A stretch of 64,000 bases of DNA from Candidatus Babeliales bacterium (GCA_963722075.1 CAVRJM010000001.1:1312001-1376000); one strand, 5' to 3'. Numbered from the stretch's first letter, positions 39,785 to 49,895 are shown. Notes: a model not told the origin generated them from the letters alone. Translations and numbers: made by a program.

Positions 39785-40633
39785 TCAAAATCGCATAGCT
39801 GCGGCAAAAGCGGAGCGGAAATTGGTAGGATCTAGCTGAGGACGTTTATTATGTTTAACCCATGGGTATTGTATGCCAAGTTGCAAAATAAAATGATCGC
39901 GTGAACAACGAAGAGAGGGCCCAATAAAAATAGTATTACCACCAGTTGTATAATCGGTGACACCAGCTACTTTTTGTGATTTTTGGTACTGACCACTTAT
40001 TTCCAGATCAGCTCCTAAGTAAAAATCATCACGCATAATAATGCGATGGGCAAAACCGGTTTGGTAATAAAAAAGAAAGCCAAAATTATTGCCATGTTTG
40101 CTGGTAGGAATAAAAATGCCAAAAAACATATATTGAAATATATTTCGCGTAGCGATACTTTCAGTAACGCCGGCAAAGTAGTTCATTGATTTGGTTGTTT
40201 GTAATGAAATAATCTGTGAAGTGTTGGTCGGAAAAATGAGTCCGCCAATGAGCGTAGTTCTAAATCGAAATTCATCGGGAATATGGTACATATAAGGGAT
40301 ACCTTCAAGTTCTATACGTGTATTGGCAAGCCCACGACCATTTACTCCCGTTTGAAAGTTTTTTGCAATTATTGGCTGCTTTAAAACAAAAGTTAGATAA
40401 TCGGTTATACCATAATAAAAATGGTTATGGATTAAAAGAATTGAATGAAAATCAGTTTCGGTATAGGCATAAATTTGCCGATACACAAAACCGTTTTTTT
40501 GTTGAACATTTTGCCCAAAAGAAAAAAGAGGACCCGGTCCGGAAGCATATGGTAAATGGTCAGGACCAATAAGACCAAAAATAGTAGGGATAAAAACTAA
40601 ACTTAACAGAAAAAAAAATTTAATATGATTCAT
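39785..40633 (-). CDS. Putative outer-membrane beta-barrel protein (paralog 3)
   Basis: GPLFSFG, YYGITD, GLAN, DYTTGGN...GPSLR, C-terminal F. Confidence 0.7.
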   Translation of the reverse strand: MNHIKFFFLLSLVFIPTIFGLIGPDHLPYASGPGPLFSFGQNVQQKNGFVYRQIYAYTETDFHSILLIHNHFYYGITDYLTFVLKQPIIAKNFQTGVNGRGLANTRIELEGIPYMYHIPDEFRFRTTLIGGLIFPTNTSQIISLQTTKSMNYFAGVTESIATRNIFQYMFFGIFIPTSKHGNNFGFLFYYQTGFAHRIIMRDDFYLGADLEISGQYQKSQKVAGVTDYTTGGNTIFIGPSLRCSRDHFILQLGIQYPWVKHNKRPQLDPTNFRSAFAAAMRF

Positions 40634-40753
40634 TACAGAGCTCAATTTTTAAGTATTATAGAGATTTGTGCTTAGTTATAACATGTCTTTGATACGCAGT
40701 CTACAAGGCAGATAAAGAAAAAAAAGATTCAAAAACGCATTAAAAGGAAAGAT

Positions 40754-41419
40754 ATGAAGAATAATCTATTTTTTTACATCACTCTCTATAGAAATCTATT
40801 AAAAAGCTCATTTCAAATGATGCGTGGCATTTGGAAGATTGGTCATTTACCCGGTCCTGTAGTAACTATTTTTGGCGGTTCTCGTTTACAAATGAAAAGT
40901 CCTTATGCGGCTGAAGCACACGAACTTGCAGGACTTTTAATCCAACACAACATTTCTATTATTACCGGCGGCGGTCCAGGCATTATGGAGGCGGCGAATT
41001 GTGGCGCAACACATGCTGAAACAAAAAAAACCACCGCGCGGTCAATAGGTATTACCGTGAAGGGTTTAGAACAAGAAATGTTTAATATGTGTGCACAAGA
41101 AAAAATGCTGGTTGATTATTTTTTTGTACGTAAATGGCTGATGATTCAATATGCTGATGCATTTGTTTTTTTTCCGGGCGGATTTGGCACCTTAGATGAA
41201 TTTGGCGAAGCGATAACCCTTATTCAAACGAAAAAAATTGCTGGGGTGCCCATTATTTTATTTGGTAAAGATTTTTGGGATCCGTTCGTGCACTGGTTAA
41301 GAAACTCGCTTTTGCCGCAAGGGCTTATTTTAAAGGAAGATTTAGAAAATATTAAAGTCACGGATGATATTGATGAGGCATTTGAATTACTTAAAGTGCA
41401 TTGCCAAGCATGTCGCTAA
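40754..41419 (+). CDS. LOG-family nucleotide phosphoribohydrolase (TIGR00730 type)
   Basis: ITGGGPGIMEAAN, FFVRK, PGGFGTLDE. Confidence 0.92.
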   Translation: MKNNLFFYITLYRNLLKSSFQMMRGIWKIGHLPGPVVTIFGGSRLQMKSPYAAEAHELAGLLIQHNISIITGGGPGIMEAANCGATHAETKKTTARSIGITVKGLEQEMFNMCAQEKMLVDYFFVRKWLMIQYADAFVFFPGGFGTLDEFGEAITLIQTKKIAGVPIILFGKDFWDPFVHWLRNSLLPQGLILKEDLENIKVTDDIDEAFELLKVHCQACR

Positions 41420-42048
41420 CTAATAACATTCAATTTAGTAAGTTGTTGTAATAATTGTCGTGTTGATTTAAAAACAATGCTGGTGATGCCGTGCTGTTGA
41501 GCGGCAATTACATTTTTTGGCTTATCGTCGATAAAAATCATCTGATGTGGGTTGATATTATATTTTTGTAAAAACAATCGATAGGCATCTTCATGAGGCT
41601 TTGCCAGCCAATCATTAGAAGATTCAACATAATGAATGCCATCAAAATGGTTAAAAAAATGCTGATAAGAGCCATACAGTTTTTGATAGGTTAATGATCC
41701 TATATTTGAAAAAATGTATATTTTATAGCCTTTTACCTTTAGTAGATTAATTAAAAGAAACATTTCCTTCATGGGTAATAGTACATTGGTAAGATCTATA
41801 ATTGTTTCCAGATAGGGAATAAGGCGCGTATGTTTTTGGCTTAATTTTATTAAATATGCTTCGCTCACACGGGTTACTAGCAGCATTTTAAGAGCATCAA
41901 TAATAAATGAAGGGGTTAATAACAGCGCAATAAATTTACCCTTATTATCCATATAGGCTAATGCTTTAATCACCTGCCAATAATTACGCTCAAATAAGAC
42001 ATCATGCAGATCAAAAACAATAATGTTTCTTTCTTCTGATTTCATCAA
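41416..42048 (-). CDS. HAD-family hydrolase
   Basis: VFDLHDV, FSN, KPH, FIDD...NV. Confidence 0.85.
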   Translation of the reverse strand: MMKSEERNIIVFDLHDVLFERNYWQVIKALAYMDNKGKFIALLLTPSFIIDALKMLLVTRVSEAYLIKLSQKHTRLIPYLETIIDLTNVLLPMKEMFLLINLLKVKGYKIYIFSNIGSLTYQKLYGSYQHFFNHFDGIHYVESSNDWLAKPHEDAYRLFLQKYNINPHQMIFIDDKPKNVIAAQQHGITSIVFKSTRQLLQQLTKLNVIS

Positions 42049-42186
42049 AAAAGTACCTTTTTAAAAAAGCCGTTTTATAAGGCTTATTTACCTGTAATAT
42101 GGGCATCCCAGTTATTAGCATAGGTAAAAATACCATAATAAAGGAAGATTTTACCTTCAAATCGTCCCCTTATATCTGTTGTTTAT

Positions 42187-42214
42187 TTGACAATTTGAAA
42201 ATAATATATAAAAT
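42187..42214 (+). promoter_or_regulatory. Putative sigma70 promoter for the effector trio
   Basis: TTGACA-16 nt-TAAAAT upstream of AAGGA RBS and ATG 42254. Confidence 0.4.
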
Positions 42215-42253
42215 ATCTTATATAGATCTAGTATATTTCAAATAAGGAAAAGT

Positions 42254-44707
42254 ATGAAATTTGTAACTTATTTTATATTGTTATTGAGTGTTATTATGGG
42301 GGGTTATTCGAGGCTAAAGGCCATGGAAGCACCTACTGATCATAACGAAGTAGAAATAGTATTTGAGAATAACCAAAAGGGTTATTTTAACAGGCAAATA
42401 TTAGGAATATCTGAAACATTGGCGCAACATCATTTGCCCTATCTTGAACCAGGACAGCAATTATTATTGAATGATTCCAATTGCACCATTTATAAAGAAG
42501 ATTTTGAATCAGTGATATATCCATTAATGCAAGCCGTAAAACAACAAGATATGCAAGAAATACAAGATATTTTAGGAAATTGCGATCTAATCAAAGAATT
42601 TGATAAAAAACATTACAAACAAGTAAAAAAAACCATTAGGTTTTTAGGTATTAAAAATAGAAGAATAAATCAATATAGTAATGGCAAGCGTACATTTGCC
42701 CAAGCATTCATACTGCCAAAAGAAACGGTTTATAAAAAGCAGGTAATAAATAAAGAAGAAACTAAACAATTAGAACAAGCAGAAACTGCATTACCAGTAA
42801 TTAAATTAAAAAAACCGGGTAGCACTACCTTGGGCGCATTAAAAATGACCCCGCAAGCATTGCCTTACTTCTCAACCGTTAGAAAATGGATGGAAGAAAA
42901 AGATTCAGATGCTAAAGCAATTTGCATCTTTGAAGATGATATTTCATTAGAAAATTTAAAAAGAATCAATAAAATTATTCCATTATTTTCTCAAGAAAAA
43001 AGTGAATTAGTTCCTTGTATAGTTAAAATGTTAGATTCTTTCAATTTAAAAAAGAAAGATATTCGTAGTCTTAAAGGTGCTGCCTTCTTCTTAGGATGCG
43101 AGCAATTAGTAAAAGCGTGCCAGAAGGTATTAATAAAAAAAATAATATATAAAAACAGTAAGAAGCATGAAATAAAATTAAAAAATGCTGGAGATGTTAC
43201 CATTGGTATTCTTAAAATGACGCCGGAAGCATTACCCTATTTTCCAGTATTACGAGATATGTTTGCAGTTGATGAGGGCGCGGGGGTACTTTCAGAACAA
43301 CAAATTTCGCTTGAAATAGTGAACTTCTTGAATGAACTGCTTCCCTTATTTTTCCCAAGACCGCTTGAGGAATTAAAAAAAGATATACATCAGATATTGA
43401 AGCGATGGCTAAATAATGATGAAACAATTCAATTGTTAAATGCAGCAAATTTTTTAGGATGTGAACCATTGATGGAATGTTGCTGTACAGTCCTTTCTGA
43501 AAACCTATTGCTATTGAGAAATGCTAATAATAAAGAAGCAATAAGACAAATAATTGACTCATTAAATCTTGATTTGAGGGATTTAGTATGCAGTCAGCTC
43601 GGTCAACGGATTATTGCCATTAAAACTCAATGTATTATACAAAAGGGTCTAAATACTCCTAATTTTTCAGATATTACTATTACAAATGATGGAACATATA
43701 TCGCTGCCTATAGACCTCATGAAATTCATATTATAAACACCAAAAATGGGTGGTCGAACATAATACGTTGTGGTCAAACAGCGGTTGAATTACTATTTTT
43801 AGCCGATGGAACCTTGGTGAGCGAATCTCCCGGTGTAATAAAATATTGGCAAATAGCTGATAGGCTTCCTACAAAAAAGTTTACAAAACCAAAGGGTAGC
43901 TGGTATGGACAATTGTCAGCAAATGATGGGGCTTTTATTATTTTAAAAAATGGTCTCTTAGATTTTTATTATGATAACAATAATTATAAATGTAAATTTT
44001 CTTATGGCGGTAGAATCTTTGATATTTCTTGCGATGAAAAGTTAATAGCTTTTGCGGGATATAAGTATGTAAGAATTGTTAGAAAAGAAGATGACGAATA
44101 TAAAGAATGTAAATTGATTCCATTAGAGGAGGGACATGGTTTTCCCGTCCCTCTATTTTCACCCAGTGGAAAATGGTTAGCTATGTTCGATAGCAAGTTC
44201 GTTGAAGATATCTTTTATATGGTTGATATGGCAACAGAAGAAATAAAATATGCAATTCCTGTTAGAACGATACCTGATGCTCAATTTAAATTTTCATCAG
44301 ATGATAATTTTATAGTTAGATTTTCAACGAATGTATCAGGAGCTCCTATAGAAATCTATGATGTACAAACAGGTGAACGTATTTATACTTTACCAAACCT
44401 TTGTAAACTTCAACATCTTTGTATATCCCCTGATTCAAAATTATTAGTAACGGTATCAGAAAATTTGATTAAGCCTCCTCTGGGTGGTGCTAAACAAGAG
44501 ATAGTTTTTACGAATTTACAAACGGGCAACAGTTTGTCTGAATTTTTTTATCAGCCTCAAGATGACCAGCCCATAGATTGCATTGTTTTTTCACCCGATA
44601 GTAAATCACTTATATTTGGGACAGATACTGTTTATAAAATGGATATAAGGCCAAATTTTAATTCCTTAGAAACAGAAGATATCATCAACGAATTGTTTAA
44701 GAAATAA
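42254..44707 (+). CDS. Secreted Skp1/BTB-like and WD40-repeat protein (duplicated Skp1-like domain)
   Basis: LKGAAFFLGCEQLVKAC and LLNAANFLGCEPLMECC; FSPSGKWLA, ISPDSKLL, FSPDSKSL propeller blades. Confidence 0.75.
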   Translation: MKFVTYFILLLSVIMGGYSRLKAMEAPTDHNEVEIVFENNQKGYFNRQILGISETLAQHHLPYLEPGQQLLLNDSNCTIYKEDFESVIYPLMQAVKQQDMQEIQDILGNCDLIKEFDKKHYKQVKKTIRFLGIKNRRINQYSNGKRTFAQAFILPKETVYKKQVINKEETKQLEQAETALPVIKLKKPGSTTLGALKMTPQALPYFSTVRKWMEEKDSDAKAICIFEDDISLENLKRINKIIPLFSQEKSELVPCIVKMLDSFNLKKKDIRSLKGAAFFLGCEQLVKACQKVLIKKIIYKNSKKHEIKLKNAGDVTIGILKMTPEALPYFPVLRDMFAVDEGAGVLSEQQISLEIVNFLNELLPLFFPRPLEELKKDIHQILKRWLNNDETIQLLNAANFLGCEPLMECCCTVLSENLLLLRNANNKEAIRQIIDSLNLDLRDLVCSQLGQRIIAIKTQCIIQKGLNTPNFSDITITNDGTYIAAYRPHEIHIINTKNGWSNIIRCGQTAVELLFLADGTLVSESPGVIKYWQIADRLPTKKFTKPKGSWYGQLSANDGAFIILKNGLLDFYYDNNNYKCKFSYGGRIFDISCDEKLIAFAGYKYVRIVRKEDDEYKECKLIPLEEGHGFPVPLFSPSGKWLAMFDSKFVEDIFYMVDMATEEIKYAIPVRTIPDAQFKFSSDDNFIVRFSTNVSGAPIEIYDVQTGERIYTLPNLCKLQHLCISPDSKLLVTVSENLIKPPLGGAKQEIVFTNLQTGNSLSEFFYQPQDDQPIDCIVFSPDSKSLIFGTDTVYKMDIRPNFNSLETEDIINELFKK

Positions 44708-44720
44708 ATGGGGCAATAAA

Positions 44721-46865
44721 ATGAAAAAAATTAACCTAGTACTCGCATTATTTGCATGTAATTCGTTGCTTGCCATGGAAGCACCCAGCTCAAATGAATT
44801 AGTAGAAATAGTATTTGAGAATAACCAAAAGGGGCTTTTTAGTAGAGCAGTGTTAGAAGTATCTAAAACGCTGAATGATTATTATTTACCCCATATTTCT
44901 TCAGGACAGCAACTATTATTATGTGGTGGTCTTAATGGTTCTGTTTTTAAAGACGATTTTGAATTATACATATACCCCTTAATGCAAGCCGTATATAATA
45001 ATGACGAAAATGTTATACACGATATTAGATTTAATATTGATATATTATCTATGGATGATTCAGAAAACGGGGATATTAGAAGTAAACGAGTTAATAATGT
45101 CGTCAGATTTTTAGATGTGGGTATCTTCTTAGATGATGAAGAGCAACAAGGAACTAAACGCTCATTTGGTGAGGCTTTTGAAGCAGCGTACAAGTTGCAA
45201 GAGCCCGTTTGCAAAAAAGGTAATTATCAAGGTAGCCAACCCGATTCTCCAATAGCGCCACAACAGGAACCTGGTGATAATGTGGCCATCTTAAAAATAC
45301 CATTACTTAATGAACAAGATGAGCAAATTGATACCCTTGTATTGCCAAAAGAAGTGTTACCATTTTTTTCAGTCTTAAATAATCTACATGAATCATCTAT
45401 TGCAGGGGCCATGGAGCTATTGGAAAAAAATATTTCGCCTTTGATTATCAAAATATTAAACGATCTTACGCCATTATTTTTATTTAAGGTATCAGAAGAT
45501 GACTTAAAAAAAATGATGAATGAAAAATTGAAGTTGATGGGTAATAATCAAGTAGTTCAATTATTAAAAGCGGCGGATTATTTAGGATGCGAACTTCTAA
45601 TGGATGTATGCTTTACCATTTTATCAAACAATATAAGAGCCTGCCAAAATGAAAAAGAAAAAATGATTAAAGAAGTGGTAGGTCCGTTTGATAATAATTT
45701 ACGTAGTATATTATGCGGACATCTGGCTGAAGATGTTGTTTTTACTGTTGAACCCGTGAATATTAATGGGATTGATAAAAACCATCATATTACGAGTATT
45801 GCAACATCTTATGATGGAAATTATATTGCAATATATTCCAATGAAACAAAAAAAATATATATTTTAAATGCTCAAACTAAAAATGTAATTAATACAATAA
45901 ATAGTTCTCAAAAAGATGTTAGTCTACATTTTTTAAGAAATGGCAACTTATTAAGTAAATCTCCTTGTGTTATTAAATATTGGAATATTAATCGAAAAAA
46001 ATCTCTCAATTCAATAAAAATTCCAAATGGAACAGAGATGACAAGGATTTCCCCTGATGGTGAGATTTGTGCGGCAGTGAATGAAATGGGGTATGTACAA
46101 TTATTATCCCAAAACTCTCAAGAAAATGTTTCTTTAGGGAATTTAGTTAACAATGCTCATTGTCGGGGTAAAAATGTCCATGATTTAGTTATTGCTCCTG
46201 ATAACAATGTTATGGCTGTACAACAATGGGCAAAAGTTAATGATGTATTTGTTAGAAAATATAAAGTTATCGATAAACAAAAAAATATAACAAGAACTTG
46301 GAAGATAACAGATGATTCTAGGAATTTTGGAGGGCTTTGTTTTTCGTATAGAGGAAATTTATTGGCATCTTCTTCTTTAAATAATCTTACTATTAAAGAT
46401 TTAAAAAAAGGAAACGATTGGGAGTGCATTTTTCCTTTGGGAGTGCCTGAAGGGAAAATTAAATTTTCACCTGATGATGCTACCGTAATATGCTATAAAT
46501 TAAATAAACCAGCTAATATAGACATATTTAATTTGAGGGATAATTCATCCTTTACGATTAGTGATCCAGCTATTTTACAAGCGATGGCGATTTCTCCGGA
46601 TAGTTCTTTATTGGTATTGGCTTTTAGTTATCCTAGCGTTGGCGATAAACCCTGGCAATCAATAGAACTTTATAGTTTAAAGAGGAAAGAAGCTGTTTAT
46701 AAAGATGTAGTGAAATGCGATTATTTAATTGAAGAGCTTACCTTTTTACCAGATGGCAAATCGCTTATTTGCGGGTCTGATAAATTATATTTTATTAATA
46801 TAAAAAAAACAGATTTTGATTTTTTAGAAACAGAGGATGTTGTAGAGCAGCAATTATTTAATTAA
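44721..46865 (+). CDS. Secreted Skp1/BTB-like and WD40-repeat protein
   Basis: LLKAADYLGCELLMDVC; SYDGNYIA, ISPDGE, FSPDD, FLPDGKSL. Confidence 0.75.
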   Translation: MKKINLVLALFACNSLLAMEAPSSNELVEIVFENNQKGLFSRAVLEVSKTLNDYYLPHISSGQQLLLCGGLNGSVFKDDFELYIYPLMQAVYNNDENVIHDIRFNIDILSMDDSENGDIRSKRVNNVVRFLDVGIFLDDEEQQGTKRSFGEAFEAAYKLQEPVCKKGNYQGSQPDSPIAPQQEPGDNVAILKIPLLNEQDEQIDTLVLPKEVLPFFSVLNNLHESSIAGAMELLEKNISPLIIKILNDLTPLFLFKVSEDDLKKMMNEKLKLMGNNQVVQLLKAADYLGCELLMDVCFTILSNNIRACQNEKEKMIKEVVGPFDNNLRSILCGHLAEDVVFTVEPVNINGIDKNHHITSIATSYDGNYIAIYSNETKKIYILNAQTKNVINTINSSQKDVSLHFLRNGNLLSKSPCVIKYWNINRKKSLNSIKIPNGTEMTRISPDGEICAAVNEMGYVQLLSQNSQENVSLGNLVNNAHCRGKNVHDLVIAPDNNVMAVQQWAKVNDVFVRKYKVIDKQKNITRTWKITDDSRNFGGLCFSYRGNLLASSSLNNLTIKDLKKGNDWECIFPLGVPEGKIKFSPDDATVICYKLNKPANIDIFNLRDNSSFTISDPAILQAMAISPDSSLLVLAFSYPSVGDKPWQSIELYSLKRKEAVYKDVVKCDYLIEELTFLPDGKSLICGSDKLYFINIKKTDFDFLETEDVVEQQLFN

Positions 46866-46879
46866 TAAATGGGGAATAT

Positions 46880-48040
46880 ATGAAAATAGTTACCATACTA
46901 GGAGCTTTATTAATTGGCAATTCGTTAATTGCCATGGAAGCTCCTATTAACCATAAAGAATTAATAGAAGTACTATTTGAAGATAATGAAAATGGAATAT
47001 TTGATAAAGCGGTGTTGGAAATATCACCAACATTAAGAAGTAGGTCGTCACGTTTATCACCAGGAAGCCCATTAGGAATAGATGGTAAAAAACGTTACGG
47101 GATAAATAAAGAAGATTTCGAAGAATTCATTTATCCTTTAATGCAGGCTTTATATGAAAAACGATCTACAGAATATTTTCAACCTAATCTTGATAGGCTT
47201 GCTCGAAGTGATGGGTATGGATATTCGAGAGCATGGAGCATTTATCATGCAATTAACCATTTGCAACTGCAAAACCGTACTACTTTATTACAGCCACCAG
47301 ATCCGCTGTATAATAAAAGACCACTTGAGATGGCATCTAAAAAGATTTTTGAGCCTCGTAAGCTTTCCACTAAAAAAAATAGTTCTACTGATGAAGAAGA
47401 AAAATTCTTAGCATGGTTGCAAGATCAGAAAGATGATGATTTATTAACTGGATTGCTTTCTGATGTACAAGACAACATGAAGAATGTAGGCAATCAAAAT
47501 GGGAAAGCTATTGACCAAGGTGATTCCCCTGTAGATTTTAATGGATATGATTTGGTAAATAAAAATAACGTTGTAGATCAAAATATCTTGGAACAAGAAA
47601 TAAGAATACCAGTGGCGGACGAGGAAGGAAGACAAGTAGGTATGCTTAATATACCAAAATATTTGCTACCATATTTTGAGCAATTATATAATCAAATCGG
47701 TATTAATGAGACATGGGAAACGGCGCCATTAATAGATACACTAGTTTCCGCTTCGATCATTCCCTTATTGAATACTCTTTTTCCGTTGATGAGTGGAAGT
47801 GATCAATCCATAATAAAAAATATACAAGATAAGCTAGAAAATGAATCAAATGATACGCTCGTCGCATTATTGATAGCAGTAGATTTTCTTGGCGGTGAGC
47901 TTATAACTGAGGCGAGTTTAATAATATTAGCCAAAAAAATAACTCTATTAAAAGAAATAGGTAACACGAAGGAAATAGAAAGGTTAATAGATAACTTACC
48001 AATACATTTATGCAGATCATTACCAGCATATTTCGCCTGA
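46880..48040 (+). CDS. Secreted Skp1/BTB-like paralog lacking the WD40 region
   Basis: Shared AMEAP...EVLFEDN...IYPLMQA N-terminus; LLIAVDFLGGELI. Confidence 0.72.
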   Translation: MKIVTILGALLIGNSLIAMEAPINHKELIEVLFEDNENGIFDKAVLEISPTLRSRSSRLSPGSPLGIDGKKRYGINKEDFEEFIYPLMQALYEKRSTEYFQPNLDRLARSDGYGYSRAWSIYHAINHLQLQNRTTLLQPPDPLYNKRPLEMASKKIFEPRKLSTKKNSSTDEEEKFLAWLQDQKDDDLLTGLLSDVQDNMKNVGNQNGKAIDQGDSPVDFNGYDLVNKNNVVDQNILEQEIRIPVADEEGRQVGMLNIPKYLLPYFEQLYNQIGINETWETAPLIDTLVSASIIPLLNTLFPLMSGSDQSIIKNIQDKLENESNDTLVALLIAVDFLGGELITEASLIILAKKITLLKEIGNTKEIERLIDNLPIHLCRSLPAYFA

Positions 48041-48131
48041 TTGTAATTCAACTCAAATAGTCTTCTAGTGCTCGCTACAAAAAATAGTATCGAAGAACTT
48101 TTTAATTAATAGAGCGATTTTCCTAGATTAC

Positions 48132-48176
48132 AAAAAAGAGAATCATCCTATACTACACAAGGATGGTTCTTTTTTT
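48132..48176 (+). terminator. Intrinsic terminator after the effector trio
   Basis: GAATCATCCT...AGGATGGTTC followed by T7. Confidence 0.55.
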
Positions 48177-48192
48177 ATAGTAAAGGATTTAT

Positions 48193-48585
48193 ATGATAAC
48201 AATAATTTTTATTTTAGCTGTTATTGGTTTTTGTATTTCATTATATACCTATTTGCTGGAGAAAAAAGTTAAACAAAATCCAGGGTATAAACCGGTCTGT
48301 GATATTTCAGATAAAATATCATGTACTAAGCCTATGAAAAGCGCGTATGCTAATATTTTTTACATTTCAAATGCGTTAGTGGGAATGGTTTTTTATGCGG
48401 TAATGGCAGTGGGGGCATTCTTAAATTTGCATCAATTACTTTTTATTCTAGCTTGTATTGGCTGCATAGGATCAATAGTATTAGCCTATTTCCTTTTTTT
48501 TAAAGTAAAATCATTCTGCTTGTTGTGTACCTCACTCTATATTATTAATGCATTACTATTATATATGACTTATATACATCGGTAA
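48193..48585 (+). CDS. Vitamin K epoxide reductase (VKOR) family protein
   Basis: CDISDKISC loop cysteines, S.YA, CLLC active site, 4 TM. Confidence 0.9.
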   Translation: MITIIFILAVIGFCISLYTYLLEKKVKQNPGYKPVCDISDKISCTKPMKSAYANIFYISNALVGMVFYAVMAVGAFLNLHQLLFILACIGCIGSIVLAYFLFFKVKSFCLLCTSLYIINALLLYMTYIHR

Positions 48586-48587
48586 AT

Positions 48588-49289
48588 TTACCAATGCATG
48601 AGCGTGCCATCATAGCGATAAAAAAGCTGTTCTAGTGAACGCGGTGCATTTATAATAACCTTTTTCATGCCCAAAACGCTGGTGGTAGTATCAATTTCAG
48701 CATGCGGGCCTCCCATAGCAGTTCTTACATGCCCCGGATGCAACAAAAGTACTTTAACATTTTGATCATACGTATCAATGGCAATGCTTGCCATAATACT
48801 ATTAAGCGCTGCTTTGCTGGCGCGATAGGCATATGCATCTTCGATGGAAGCGTGTTCTTTAAGAATATAGGAAATGCTACCCATGCGGCTTGAAATTGAA
48901 ACAATTGTTTTTAAGTTGCTTTTTATAACGTTATTTAAAAAATATTTCGTTACTAATAAAGGGCCAACTGCATTTACCGTAAATACGTTGATCATCATTT
49001 CTTTGGTAATGGTAGCCAGTTCTTGGTCTCGTCCAAAAATGCCGGCATTATTAATAAGAATGTCGATCGGTTCGGTTTTTAATTGATTAGCAAGAATAGA
49101 TAATTGATTCTCATCAGTGACATCCAAGGGAAGGAGTACGATATTATTATGGCGGTAAGCGAGTGATTGCAATTCTTCTAAAGGGCCATGTGGATAATAG
49201 GTAGCAAATAGTTTGTAAGAATCTGGCGCATACTGCTTTACAAATTCTAATCCGATGCCGCTATTGGTTCCTGTTATAAATACATTCAT
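48588..49289 (-). CDS. Short-chain dehydrogenase (C-factor/CsgA-like SDR)
   Basis: TGTNSGIG, INNAG, SSRMGS, YRASK, HPGHVRT.MGG. Confidence 0.92.
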   Translation of the reverse strand: MNVFITGTNSGIGLEFVKQYAPDSYKLFATYYPHGPLEELQSLAYRHNNIVLLPLDVTDENQLSILANQLKTEPIDILINNAGIFGRDQELATITKEMMINVFTVNAVGPLLVTKYFLNNVIKSNLKTIVSISSRMGSISYILKEHASIEDAYAYRASKAALNSIMASIAIDTYDQNVKVLLLHPGHVRTAMGGPHAEIDTTTSVLGMKKVIINAPRSLEQLFYRYDGTLMHW

Positions 49290-49422
49290 ATTTTTATACT
49301 CAATAGTTAATTTTAATCACTATATAAAATGAAATGATGAGTGCGCAATATTAAAATTGATTGTATTATTTAAAAATGTAAATTGTTGTAGAATTTATAC
49401 TCAAAGTTTATGAAAGAATGCA

Positions 49423-49523
49423 GGATCACCATGGTCCGTCTATGTTAAAACTTCGCCGGACAGGCGCTTGCTATTACGGAATCCGTCGTAGCCTTGGCGA
49501 AGTCGGACGCGCTTCTCGTGACG
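49423..49523 (-). repeat. Family-1 repeat carrying two nested family-2 hairpins
   Basis: Internal segment closely matches the reverse complement of 53261-53337. Confidence 0.85.
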
Positions 49524-49539
49524 TCGAAAGTCGAAAGTC

Positions 49540-49895
49540 GTCGTTGCGAGCTTGCGAAGCAATCCAGGTTATAATAATTAGATAAGAAACATATGAAACG
49601 CCCTGCTGTTTATTCTTTATGGCAAATAAAAAAAATGGAACCCTTTACACCTGAGTAACAGGAAATATAATTCAGCGAATTTTTCAACATAAAAATAATA
49701 AAGTCGAATTTACTAGCAAATATAATTGTAAAATGCTTGAGTATGTTGAATTTTTTGGTGAAATGCAAACTGCTGTTATGCAAGAAAAACAAATAAAGGC
49801 TGGCTCTCGTTCAAAAAAGCTAATACTTATTGAATCGGCAAATCCAATGAGAGATTTGTAAATTGCCTGGATTGCTTCGACAAGCTCGCAACGAC
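49540..49895. mobile_element. Candidate element: inverted family-1 repeats (49540-49568, 49866-49895) enclosing a GIY-YIG nuclease gene
   Basis: GTCGTTGCGAGCTTGCGAAGCAATCCAGG ... CCTGGATTGCTTCGACAAGCTCGCAACGAC directly flank the gene. Confidence 0.65.
49593..49861 (+). pseudogene. Stand-alone GIY-YIG nuclease pseudogene
   Basis: Manual translation MKRPAVY/frameshift/MANKKNGTLYT*VTGNIIQRIFQHKNNKVEFTSKYNCKMLEYVEFFGEMQTAVMQEKQIKAGSRSKKLILIESANPMRDL; frameshift near 49614-49618, TGA at 49652. Confidence 0.88.

Noticed and set aside
49652..49654. TGA at a conserved Gly as evidence for TGA=Gly recoding
   Set aside because: TGA ends conserved genes here (lgt, rpoD, PBP1A); a single GGA>TGA change in a gene with other lesions is simpler
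49610..49792. 60-aa minus-strand ORF
   Set aside because: Shadow of the GIY-YIG pseudogene on the plus strand
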